Both the position numbers and the translations under genes were made by a program. Source: Lingula anatina (Eukaryota > Animalia > Brachiopoda). From it: a stretch of DNA of 64,000 bases. The notes below the pieces were generated by a model. That model made no database searches, was not told where the DNA came from, and saw nothing but the letters and a program-made list of their open reading frames with translations. This document shows positions 36,626 through 48,600 of the stretch, piece after piece. The stretch lies in assembly GCA_051362555.1 (NCBI GenBank), contig CM120640.1, forward strand, positions 20,584,001 to 20,648,000, read 5' to 3'. Numbering within the stretch: position 1 is the first letter of the stretch; each line of letters opens with the position of its first letter.

Positions 36626-37909
36626 ATGGGTGCAAGGGTGTCCAGTTCATCAGTCCAAGTATCTGCATCAGACTTTCAAGCAGTACCAGAACTGACCACT
36701 AAATCTGAAGAATGTTCTCTGACCGAATGGACATCCAACAGCGGTCAAACTCTGGGTTTTGCCCCTGGATTCCCAAGCAAAGTTTGCCATTATGAGCAAT
36801 ACCACTGGCTAGGTTACAAGAAAAGAAACCATACTGGAACCCGCTACAAGTCTGCCTACAAAGTAAAACCAGTAAAGAGCCGTGGCAATACCTTGTTGGT
36901 AGAAATCTGCAATGTTCATGCCAATAGAACTAGAGATGTGAAACTTAATGCACATAATTTTGGGAAGGTGAAGTTGAAGGAAATCCAAGTGGATGTAGTG
37001 GCCTATACTGAAACTGTGATTGTTCTTATGTGCAATATTAATGTCTTGGAATCAACAGAACTGATTTTCTACGATTTGTCCCAGAATTTACAACTAGGTG
37101 TGTTTGATATGAGTGATGAATACTCTCCATTTTCAACCAACAGGAAAGTGTTCTGTTATATCAGTCCAGGAGCAACTGTGTTTATTGTTCAGTTTGATGA
37201 GGATCTTCCTTCTACCTCCCCCCTCACCTTAACACCCTTGTACATGAAAACCAACTTTAAGTGCATCAAGTTTAAGGAATCCCAAATGTGGATTTTAGAC
37301 CAAACAACTGATATATCTTTTATGTATCAGAGCATAATAGACTATGGGCTGAGCTTCAATCCTCTGTATTCTTATAAGAGAATTTCTATGTATGGCTGCT
37401 TTAGAGAGGAATCATTCAGCAGGACTTTGTTAACTTATGATATAAAAGAAAAGCAGATTCTGTGTTACCTTGACCTAGTCGACACCCCTGTTGAAATCCA
37501 GTTTCATCCCCAGGGTACCTGTATATTGCTCAACACACGCACCTGCTCGGGAGAAAGTGTAATTTATCTTCACGATGCAGAACGTCTTTTGCCACTAGGA
37601 AGAGTTCCGCATTGCCATCCAGCAAAATCACTTGTATGTAGTATGGTAACATTTTCAGCATCTTGCAATGCGTTTGGCGTATATAGGCTAAACTGTGATA
37701 AGAGTCATACCACAAGGCAGTCTTCACGCATATTACGCATCTGGGGCGTTACAGTGTACAAGATACCTTACCAACAAAATATGATGAAACTGAGAGAGAT
37801 ATGTCGCAGTGTTATCGTCTCACACACATATATTGGGATGATTGATAAACTGCCACTTCCCAAGCTATTGTTGGACTTTCTTAGGTTTTCTCCCATTTAT
37901 GATGATTAG
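36626..37909 (+). CDS. Intronless 427-aa SOCS-box protein with N-myristoylation-type start and beta-rich (propeller-like) core
   Basis: 1284-nt ORF directly after acceptor TTTTTTCAAG|G. Begins MGARVS (MGxxxS). Ends MMKLREICRSVIVSHTYIGMIDKLPLPKLLLDFL (BC box plus LPLP cullin-5 box). Confidence 0.85.
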   Translation: MGARVSSSSVQVSASDFQAVPELTTKSEECSLTEWTSNSGQTLGFAPGFPSKVCHYEQYHWLGYKKRNHTGTRYKSAYKVKPVKSRGNTLLVEICNVHANRTRDVKLNAHNFGKVKLKEIQVDVVAYTETVIVLMCNINVLESTELIFYDLSQNLQLGVFDMSDEYSPFSTNRKVFCYISPGATVFIVQFDEDLPSTSPLTLTPLYMKTNFKCIKFKESQMWILDQTTDISFMYQSIIDYGLSFNPLYSYKRISMYGCFREESFSRTLLTYDIKEKQILCYLDLVDTPVEIQFHPQGTCILLNTRTCSGESVIYLHDAERLLPLGRVPHCHPAKSLVCSMVTFSASCNAFGVYRLNCDKSHTTRQSSRILRIWGVTVYKIPYQQNMMKLREICRSVIVSHTYIGMIDKLPLPKLLLDFLRFSPIYDD

Positions 37910-39688
37910 AACGAAATGTAGGAGTTTACAGGGTAACTTACATGTATTGTGGGAAGTTTTAACTTTGTCAGTCTTTGAGTGATAGTTTTATGATTTATAC
38001 CGATGCCACTTCCAGAGTTGTTATTGGACTTCCTGTGATTTAATTATATTTTTGATGTTTTTTGTAACTAACAAATAATGTTCAAATATTTATGCTGACA
38101 GTATTTGATTATTTTTTCATGTTTTCCATTTCCATGGTAGAAAAATCATAAAAATGGGCCAAAATCAAAATTTTGTGTCAAATATTTTTAATTGTTGTTG
38201 TTTTTCTTGGTAATTTTGCACACAAACACTGGATTTTAAGACATCACCTTGTTCTTCCCATACTTTTGTGTATAACATTTCCTTCCATTTTGTGCAATGT
38301 AATAAAGGCATTTTACAAAAGAAGATTTGCTGTCATTGTTTGCATGAAAAATGTCTATGGTTAAATTTTCATTAAGTTAAGGACCTTGATAAACAAAAAT
38401 GGCTTTATGCAAATATGTATAAAACAATGTTTTATTATCTTGGTGATGCCGTCCTGTCCAATATTGGTTTTCTTGAAGCTGCTGTATGCCCAAATTGAGA
38501 AGTTCTGCACCAAAATTTAATTTCATTATCAAAGCTTTTAAAACACTTATTTTCCGTAAAATTTAACGAAGAAGTAAATTGGATTCCTTTGAAGTTTAAG
38601 TATTTGTATTCTATACAAAGCATCCCAACGTGCAGTGCCTGTTTAGCACTAGATGAATAATAGGAGAAAGGGAAGGGACGGAAGAAACATAACGAGGCAG
38701 ATTGAAACTTGCATGTTAATTTTAAAAGACTAAAGTCAAGTTAAAGAACTAAAGAAGAAAGAAAAAAAATGACAAAATACATGGCCAAGTAATCTTTGTT
38801 AGAATTTCCATTGCTTACAGAATTGATAGCACACATCCCTATGATGACTCTTAAGCAATCTTCAGTTACCTGGTGTTTCTGACATTTCATTTAATCAATT
38901 TGTCAGTCGTTATGAGCTTGATGGTTGTCAAATGAACTTTATTTATTTTCTTAGAACACGCTTGATGCTTATTTTGTGTTTGTATCCATTCTTTTCCAGA
39001 TTGTAGAACTGTGGTAATCAATATCACCACAATGATGTAGCTCATTGAGTGGGATGAATGAACTCAATTTTCCAGGAACATGGAATCAGGTGAGGAGATT
39101 ATCCCGCTGGGTCTCATTATAATAAGATAAAGAGCGTACTTAAGTTTTATATTTTAAGGTGAATTTATATGATATAATACACTGGTGAATGGGTGCATTG
39201 CTGTGTTTGTGTAGGTGGTATTCTTTTTTTTTAACACTCAATAATTAAACAGGCGCAAATTAAGTAGACTTTCAAATTAAGGAGTAGATCAAAACTGAAA
39301 TTCAAATTTGTATGTTTATCAGTTTGCTTTTCAACTCGAATGATGGCGTGCACGTATGTGCATAAGCGAGCCAAGTAGTTAATTTGGTTTCATTTGGGTG
39401 AAAACTGGTGTAAAATATCTATTTTATTTCAGTGTTATTAGAAGAGGAATCGATTTTCAAATTCCCTGGGGACATACCTGATATCATGATACACAAACAA
39501 TCCAATGTTGGAAGGGAGTCTGCCTTGAAAATCTAAATATCGAGCAATTATATGCTCCTGAGTATTGATTTTTACGGAAGCACTTTTCGCACCGACTAGT
39601 AGCTATTATGTTCACTTCCACATTAATTTTATGTTTTTTCCCCACAAGGATAACCACCGTGGCAGAGTTGAGCTAGAAGAAATTCAAC

Positions 39689-42600
39689 ATGTTCATCACA
39701 CTTGGATATATCTTCATCTGGCTATACCAGTCATGGTATGAAAAAACACAAAAGATGAAGTATTTCAGCCTGGTCCAAAGATGTGCCTCTGCCAAGGAGA
39801 GTCTGGTGTTCAGGAACCTTCAGAAGGTAGTTCCAAGTCTCTCCGAGTCTTGCCACTTCTCTCCCCTGGTGGAACACGCATTGAGTGGATGGACGGAGGA
39901 GATGCTGATAGAAGACCATGCAAAACAAGTGGTGAGGATACATCCAAAGGTGAGAGAGAGAGTACTGTCTCAAGGATGTGGAACATTCTAATGGCAAGAT
40001 GGTATAAAAGGTTGCTTGGTTTTGTGTGAAATGCCCAAGTTGGGGGGGGGGGGGGGGGGGGGGAATAGTCCTTTTCTTATTCATATATTTTGCTGAATCT
40101 GGAAGTTGTATTTATATTTGCCCATCAGAAAGTGATATGCTCGATTTGCATTTATAGATAGAATTGTCCATTCTGGCTTTATGGTGATCAATAAAGTTAA
40201 CTCTGTGAGTGACACCATGTAATTGATTTTAGAACAAATTCCAGTGCCTTGGTTATTTCTGCAGATGAGAAAGGGTTTTTGCAGATTCTTTGTAAATAGA
40301 GGTTGAAAACATGAAATAAGATTCACAAGAAAAGTCAATCTGTTTAGAACCATAAAAAAGCACAGGTTGCTACTATGCATAGACTACAGTATATATGCAT
40401 TAAAATGGATGGTGTTTTCCATTCAGATTTTTAGAATTCAAATAAAAAAAAGAAATACATAATTTCAGCAAAAAGTTGACCTGCAGCGCTGGACGTCATT
40501 CTTAAAAAGTCAGTCATGGACACCAGAAATGACAGCAAATTCGGGCAAGCTGTACATTCTGCTAGAGACCGTTCATCCTGATGATGAAAATGCCTACATG
40601 GTCAGTGCTGGAAACATTCCAAAGAGGAAAAGAATTAAGGTGATTATTTTATTAATTATGACAGGAAAAAAAAAACACACACACACACACACACATTACA
40701 TCTGCTCTGTATAAATCTTATTTCCATTTGAATATTATCTTATATGTAGATGTGGAAGAAAAATTAGCATGATAAATTAATTAATTTTGAGCAATAATGC
40801 AATTGAAAGTTATTTATTTCTTAAACCAGTTTCAGTGATGATGGTAATTTGCTTGTAAAAATGAAAATATTATCAGAGAATAAATATGGATATATTATAA
40901 CAGGTAGATGACTATGGAATTCCTCTTGCCTGGCGGTCAGGCAGTCCATTTGGTGTGGTGGTCCTGTGTTCACCAGACCAGTTTGCCACTCTGGGCAAGG
41001 CTTTTGTGGAGGGTTGCCTCTTCATGGAAGATGTGCTGGAGATACAAGAAATGCTATGTGAGACCCAAGGATATTTTCAAAAATAACATCTTTTAGTTAA
41101 ATTAAACAGTAGAATGGAAGAAAGTGGATCTTTGCTCTATTCTTTCACATTATGATTTTTGAAATAAAGACACCTTTTTGATATTTTTAGACTTAAAAAA
41201 ATTTTCCATATGTATAATTTTTTAATGTATTTTTCAGTCTTTTTAACTGAAGAACTATAACTTTCATTTTGTTTTTTTATTAATTCTCCTTAGCTGTTGA
41301 AGTTGTCAGCCAGCCTGCACACTTGCTAAGATTTGACAGCAGCACAGATTACATCATTTCATCAGGCAGTGACACACCTTGCAAGACCAACTCTGGTTTC
41401 CCTTTCCCCTCTAGGGAAGGGTCTCTAAGAAAGTCATCTTTACACAAAGTTGAGGAGAGAACTGAAGTGCCTTTTGTTGTTGATGATGATGAGGGTGAGG
41501 GTTCAAAACTAGAGGACAAGGAAAATGAGGAAGAATTTTTTGCAGTTAATGAAGTAAAAGAAATGATCACTCAAAATAATTTGGACGAATGCCAAAATGA
41601 AGATGAAGTGGAGGATGAAGAAGAAGAAGAGGAAATTTCTTTGAGAGATATGGTATCAGAGGTTCTCATAACTGACGACAGTGGGATACAGAAAACTGCA
41701 AACAGTGCTCAAAAATCCAAAGGGAGGACAGCTAACCTGGTTGTGAAACCACCCAATGTGCTAATATACTGTGGCAAAAAGGACTCTGCTAGGTTATTCC
41801 TGAAGGCCAAGGCTGTGTTTGAACAGTGCCTTAGTACAGATTCTTATGCTATATACCACTTGAAACATGACCAAGTTCACTCCACCCCATGGATTGAAAA
41901 CACTGCCCTGCTCATCATTTGCAGCGACAAACTTTACGATGCAACAGACAGTGAGTTCTTGGAATATTTTCAAAAAGGAGGGAATATTCTCAGTTTCGGA
42001 AGTCCTTTGGATGGCTTTTTCATCGAAAAAGAAGAAGTGGAGACTGCACCAGCAGCTATTATGTCTCTGACGTATAAATCGTGGAAGGAAGTGACGACAA
42101 TATGCACCAGGTTTGCATTTAGGCCTGAGACTGTGAAACCCAGTGTTGAAATGAGAACAGTTGGGTTTAACCAGAAGACCAAAAAGCCGGCTATTGTGAT
42201 TGTGAAATCTAGGACAGGTGGAACTGCCATCTTATCTCAGGTTTTTATTCTTTGGCTTTTGTCTTAAAAGTAAATTTGGACTGTATATCTTTTTTTTTCT
42301 GTAGGACACATATGAAAAAACTAATTGCGGCCATAAAACCTTAATCCAGTCATTTGCTAGTTTTGGTTAATGACAACTACAAACATATTGAGCAAATACA
42401 ACTTTTGATTTAAGAAAAACGCATTTCAAGATGGCATGTTTTTTCAGTTTAATTACCTATAAAGATTACCTAATAACCTATTAAGATTCAGGTATGCATA
42501 ATACAGCTTGTTTATTATTTGTGCTTAACCCCAGGTTCTGCTAGAGAAGGATCCAAGTGAAATGGCAATCAATGCAGATATCTTTTCACTTTTGAAGCAA

Positions 42601-45600
42601 GCTAACCATGCCAGATTTGAGATTCTGAGAGACATGATGTCCAGCCTGGGATTCCGCTGTGAAGCTGTGAAAGCCTCAGCACTAACACCAGCTGTGTTGT
42701 TGTGTTGTGGCGAAGTAAGTTATTGTTTCTTTTGTTTTTAAGCCTAAAGACAAAGGCAGTGGATTATCAGTGCAAAATACTCAAATTTAATAGACTGTCA
42801 ATTATGTTTACTATGTTGTGCTTTTTCCTTATTCAGTATTTCAGTGGTAACTTATGCCCCTTTTCTAGTCATGAAAATCTTTGTGTCCAAACTTGTCGTC
42901 TGATCAGTTACTATGTTGTTTGGTCTGTTTAAAATTCAATGATTTACCAATTTGAGCCTCTGTGTAGGATCTTGTATTTTGATCTATTTTTCAAATCCAA
43001 ATAATGACCGTCTGAACATAACTTTATGAAAAACTATGAAAATATTCTATTTTTTTTTCATTTTTGGAAGATTATTTCTGAAAGCAAATTTTAGATTAAA
43101 TTTAATTCTGGTCAATTTCAGGGCACAAGGAATGCTTTCCTCTCCTCAATACAGCACAGACTCAAAAATGGCCTTCTAAAATCACAGAAAATTACCCTGA
43201 ATTTCTTGGACTCGAAGCGTGATCTCCCAGAAACCATCACCCCGGATATCCTCCCTATTCTGACTAGAGCTGTGGACAGCAGGGTAGCTAATTTTGACTT
43301 TGCAGCATACAAAGATAACCTGGGAACCAGGGTACTTGGACAGGGTGTACTTTACTCTGATGTAATGCAGTCTACTATGCCTGTGTTGGATGGGTATGTT
43401 GAGTTAGTATTGACTATAAAAGTATAAAAGTCTAGAAAAGGGGCTCATGGACAGAGTTTTCTATCATTAATGAGATTAGTATGTCTGTTTTTCTAAATGT
43501 GTATGTAGGTATACATATAAAAAAAGAATGATTTTCATAAATCCATGACTTCATTGAGAAGCAGACAGATATTCGTATGTATGCAGAAATTTTGCCTTAC
43601 TAATTTTGTTATATTACCCATCTATGCAATATTATTAAAAAATTTCCAGATTTTTATGCAAAGTTCTTTGGCCTTAATATTCTGTAATTAATGTGGTTAT
43701 CAGTATGGGCAACAATCTTTTTAATGAGAGTGTTAATTTCAGATTTTACATATAGGTGGCACTGGCATGAGCCCCTATTTGAACATCTAACGCAATGAAA
43801 AACTATGCTACTGTGTTTTGGTGAATTTTTGAAATGCTTGAGTATAGTCACTTATCTGAACATTTAACCCCTATTTAATTCTTTTTTTCTTTTTTATCTA
43901 TAAGATTACTTTTTTCTGTGCCTGAAGATATTGGACTTATAGCTATCGCAGGTCAACAAACCAGTGGCAAAGGTAAAGATAGCTTTAAATAAGGTGGCCT
44001 AGATTTTGCACTGGTGCATCAGTATAATCTTTCTGTGATATTGATTTTGGGAGATATATCTAATTTTGCTTCATATCTAGTACATGATAGGAAAAACTAT
44101 ACTACTGCTTTTTACTACAGGTTTGTTTGCCCAGTGTGTGAGAATTTTCCAATAAAATGTTAATTGCATAAGCAAGAAAACAAACATTTTTCATGAAAGC
44201 TGAAATGAACATACTTCTGTGTTAAAAGCGTAAATGCCAAATTTACATCAATAATAAATTTATAATATATCTGCCTGTTGGGTTAATGATTTCAGAGAGT
44301 TCATGGATTATTGGATTATAAGAGTAATAATCACCTGAAAAGTGATAACAACAGACTAAGTTGCATTCATGCAACACCTTATATACTTATAACGGCACAC
44401 AACAAATCTTGTCCTCTTGATCTTATTTTCTAGGTCGCGGTGAAAATACATGGTTGAGTCCTAGAGGATGTGCCTTGTTCACTCTGCACTTGAGAATCCC
44501 ACTGAAATCCAAACTGGGACAACGTCTGGCTTTTATTCAACACATCACCTCTGCAGCAGTGGTGGAGGCTGTCACTAGTATGCCTGGATATCAGGTACAT
44601 TGTATACTCATTTTTCACAGTATATTTTGCTCATCAGCCAGATCTGGTATGTAATTTACAGACCACCGACATATTGGTCCGTTTTCAGTCCAAATCATCC
44701 CTTGTTTAAACAGACCTTTGATCATTACCTTTGAGCAGTTTGTATGCATTTCTTTGTTTTATGCAGCTTCTCTTCCCTTCATCCCCTTCATTTTGAAAGC
44801 ACATGGGGCAAATTTTAATCTTTTTAAGGAACAAAAATGTCATTTTTAAGGTTCATTAAATCCAATACAAACAAATATAAGATGGGTTGGAGTACACAGC
44901 TACATAATTGGCTTTTTTTCTGAATTGTTCACTTCCCTTCAGTGTACTGTAATCCTTTGATTTGATATTGTTTCAATGGATGTGGCATCAGTTCATTGCT
45001 AGTCAAAAACAAAACGGCTCATCAAAGCTAATTACAATACCATGCCCATTGGAAATGTATTAATTTATGTATCCAGTAATTAATTTGCTTAATTCACAAC
45101 AGTAACTAATTCACCCTGTCATTACAGCCATTAATTCGCTCCATTGGCAATTTCATACAGACTGACGTTATTTTAGATAGTATAGTTACCGTAGTGAGTA
45201 TCATGATGTGCGAAAGATGCTAGAAAAGCATTTGAAGTATTAGTGTTCATGTCATTCCACGTCCCCATCCTCGTTGGTTTTATACTTTCAGAAACATTCA
45301 ATCATTTCCTTAAAATAAAACATATGCTTACCTCAAATGTCCGTATATGAGCGTTCCCATCCTGTTATCTGACCCAAACTGTCAGCATATATTTCAAAGG
45401 AAACAACATGCTCAATGACACTGATTCAATCTGATTTAGCTAATTATGATGCATGTCTATCGAAATGTTTTTCGATAATCCATTTACTAACACAGCGACT
45501 CCACTGGCGGTTTCATTCATAAACTGATGCGTGTGTAGGAATCATATCGAGCGTAATGGCGTAGTTGTATATTAGAGCACTGCGATTGTGTTAGTGGTTA

Positions 45601-48600
45601 TCTATCCCCCTGAGGCGACTAAACATAGTACGCTACACTGGCTGATAAACCAGTCAATCACATTTTATAATGAGATTATCAATGGTTTTCAAAGCAACAT
45701 TAACTGATATCCAGTGATGGTGAAATTGTTTTTCTTATGGATCATGTGGTAGACATGTAAAGCCTTTTAGACCAAAGCCTTTAAAGACCGAATGAATTGT
45801 TAAGACATTTACTGATTAATTGTGTTTCTAAAAATAAAAGGCCATCATGTATTTTTGAAAATTCTTTGAGACACACTTTTAATTTGTGCAATGAAAGCAT
45901 TTTAGGAACTGAAAAAGTATGCTGCCCTACTGAAAAAGTCTTATAGGATCCTATAAGATCCTATAGGAGCCTATAGGAATTTGGGCCAATTTCCTATATA
46001 ATCCTGTAGGGTCTTATAGGATCCTATAGGACTTTTTTGTAAGAGTGTGGATGTGATTCATTGTGTTCTGAAGGTCCTTTGAGAACTTTTACCAAATCAT
46101 TTATTAATAATTGCAGTAAATCCCCTTTTTGCTAATGAATTACCTGTTTTAAATAAGTAATGTACCAGTCTATTTAAGTAAACCATAAACATATATCAAA
46201 AGACATGGAGCATAGAATTGTAGAAACTTTTTAAGTTGTGACAGTCACACAGATTGTCCATTACTTGATAAAATGTGTTGTGAAAAATTTGAAAGTCTGT
46301 TTGGCTTACATAAAGTGCTCATTAGACCTGTAAACTAGAATTATCATATTTGGATGCAATGTTGACCAACGTTCACTGGTCAAGCAGGTGGTCAGCCATG
46401 TGCAATGTCCACAACAAAAGCTGACCATTCCACGGGCTAGCCTTTTGATCTTTTCAAACTGCCTTTAACAGAAGGATAAACATTTGCAATAGTCACATGA
46501 CATTATAGATGAAGAAAGTCAAGGACTTCACATGCTCCCATGATTTTCCAGCTGAATTGGGTCTAATGCATTCAGTGTTGAGTTATAATTACTGTTTCTG
46601 GCCAACTTGTAAACAATCATTACTACATACGTGACTAGAACAATGGTCAAAAAGTGGAGAAAAATAAAGAAAGATGGGGCAGGCGCCATTCTGAGATGCA
46701 GCACCAGCCATATTATGTAATTTTCATATTTTTACCAAAAGCTTTTACAATCTAAAATTGGGCACAATCATTATTTTTTATTCATTGTTGTAATATTAAG
46801 TATTTATCAGTTTTACTTTGAATCAGTATTTGTATTATTTATTGTGGAAAGTTTTGATATCAAAATTGGAAAAAGAATTTTATCAAGGTTTGATATCTGT
46901 TGTCTGCAGTTTCATTGTAATACTTTTATTGGAAAACAAAATTTTAACAACATTTTAATTCTTTGTCATTATAGGACATCTGTTTACGTCTAAAATGGCC
47001 CAATGATATTTACTACAACAATGTCATCAAGCTGGGAGGTGTCATTGTTAACTCCACAATAATGCATGGAGTAGTCCATGCTGTCATTGGTAAGTCTATA
47101 CTATTACGTCACCTTCTCTTGCATGGATTTTAAAGATTCAGCAACATTGATTTATTGATCTTAATTGCAGGTATATGCATACTCTGTCTGCCTGCCTTCT
47201 TAACTTATGAACAAAACTTACATCATCTGTTGAGAAAATAGCGGCACTCTGGCACGCGCCATAATCATTCAGGCAGAGTCGAAAAATTCATCTTGAGGGT
47301 AGTGGTCACCAAAGATCAAAAAGTCATTTTGATAAATCCTTGTTCTTTGTTTCCTAATAACACGGCCCGGTAAATAACTGGAGGATAGTTTCAGAATAGT
47401 ATGTGTTCAATGAGCTGGAATGTCACCAGTTGTGCCAATACCCTGAAGTTAAATTTTCAGGATAATTTGGCAATAAAAATATTAGCAAACTTGACCTCAG
47501 TATTAATGTTAGGTTAGGTAACTGAGAAAGCTTTAGTGCAAGCAAGAAGCTTCAATATTTTTTGACTTACTTTACATGATTTATATCTTTTTTATATTTT
47601 ATTTATAGTACAAGTGGTCAATTAAAGCACTTTTAGAGAAAATATAAAATTAGTTATATATTTTATTCAGAAACATAATCAAATTTTTTTCTTTCTTCAA
47701 TTTTTAATTAATTTTTTTGTCACCATTTTAGGTTGTGGTTTTAATGTGAGCAACAGCAACCCCACAATTTGCATCAATGACATCATCAAGCAGTACAACC
47801 AAGAGAACGGGACCTCCCTGCCACTTTGCTCAACTGAACAGCTAATCGCACTCACTGTGACTGCCTTAGAAAGACTCGTAGATCTGTTTCAGACTGAAGG
47901 AGTGGACGCTTTTCTGAAGATCTATTACAAATATTGGCTACACAGGTGCGTCCAGTTTTTGTTTTCTAGGTTATGGAACTTGTGTAACTCGAACACCTTT
48001 TATGTAAGGAATACATATGTACCAATATGTTACACTACCATTATATTGTAAATATCTGTAACTTGGAGACAAAGGGGATAAAAGAAATTGCCTTCAGCAA
48101 ATCGGGGTTCCTTTCCTCAGGGGTTTTTATGGCGTAATGTAGCCTGTTTTTCATGCGGTCATGGCACAATATTGAGGTAAAAGCCTGAGGATATTTTGCC
48201 AGCTACCTGATGAAGTGGCTGAGCCTTCATGAACAACGATCGACCCGTACCATCTTAATTATTGTTTAATTGGATATATTGAATTTATTTGGTCGATGTT
48301 GATGGGTATCGAACCCCCTTGGGTTATAATCAAAGTCATGGGCCGAAGGCAAGGCACAAACAGCCATTGTTGTGATACAAAACAAATTATCCCAAGTGCA
48401 GATCTGACTGGCTTTATGTCACTTAAAGTGTTTGCTCTTTTATGTTGGTGATGTAATGTTATTGATGGGTTACATAAGAGTGGCCAGCTCACTTTTCAAT
48501 CTGGTGACCACATCGTGTTTACCTTCGCACCTCCATTGTTTGAAAGCACTGAAATACAGCATTGTAAGTATGCATGATTTTTAAAGACAAAATAAATATG

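Noticed and set aside
1113-37909. Four predicted lipid-anchored proteins (two GPI, one CAAX, one myristoyl) as a functional cluster
   Set aside because: The families are unrelated, orientations are mixed and housekeeping genes are interspersed. There is no evidence beyond coincidence.
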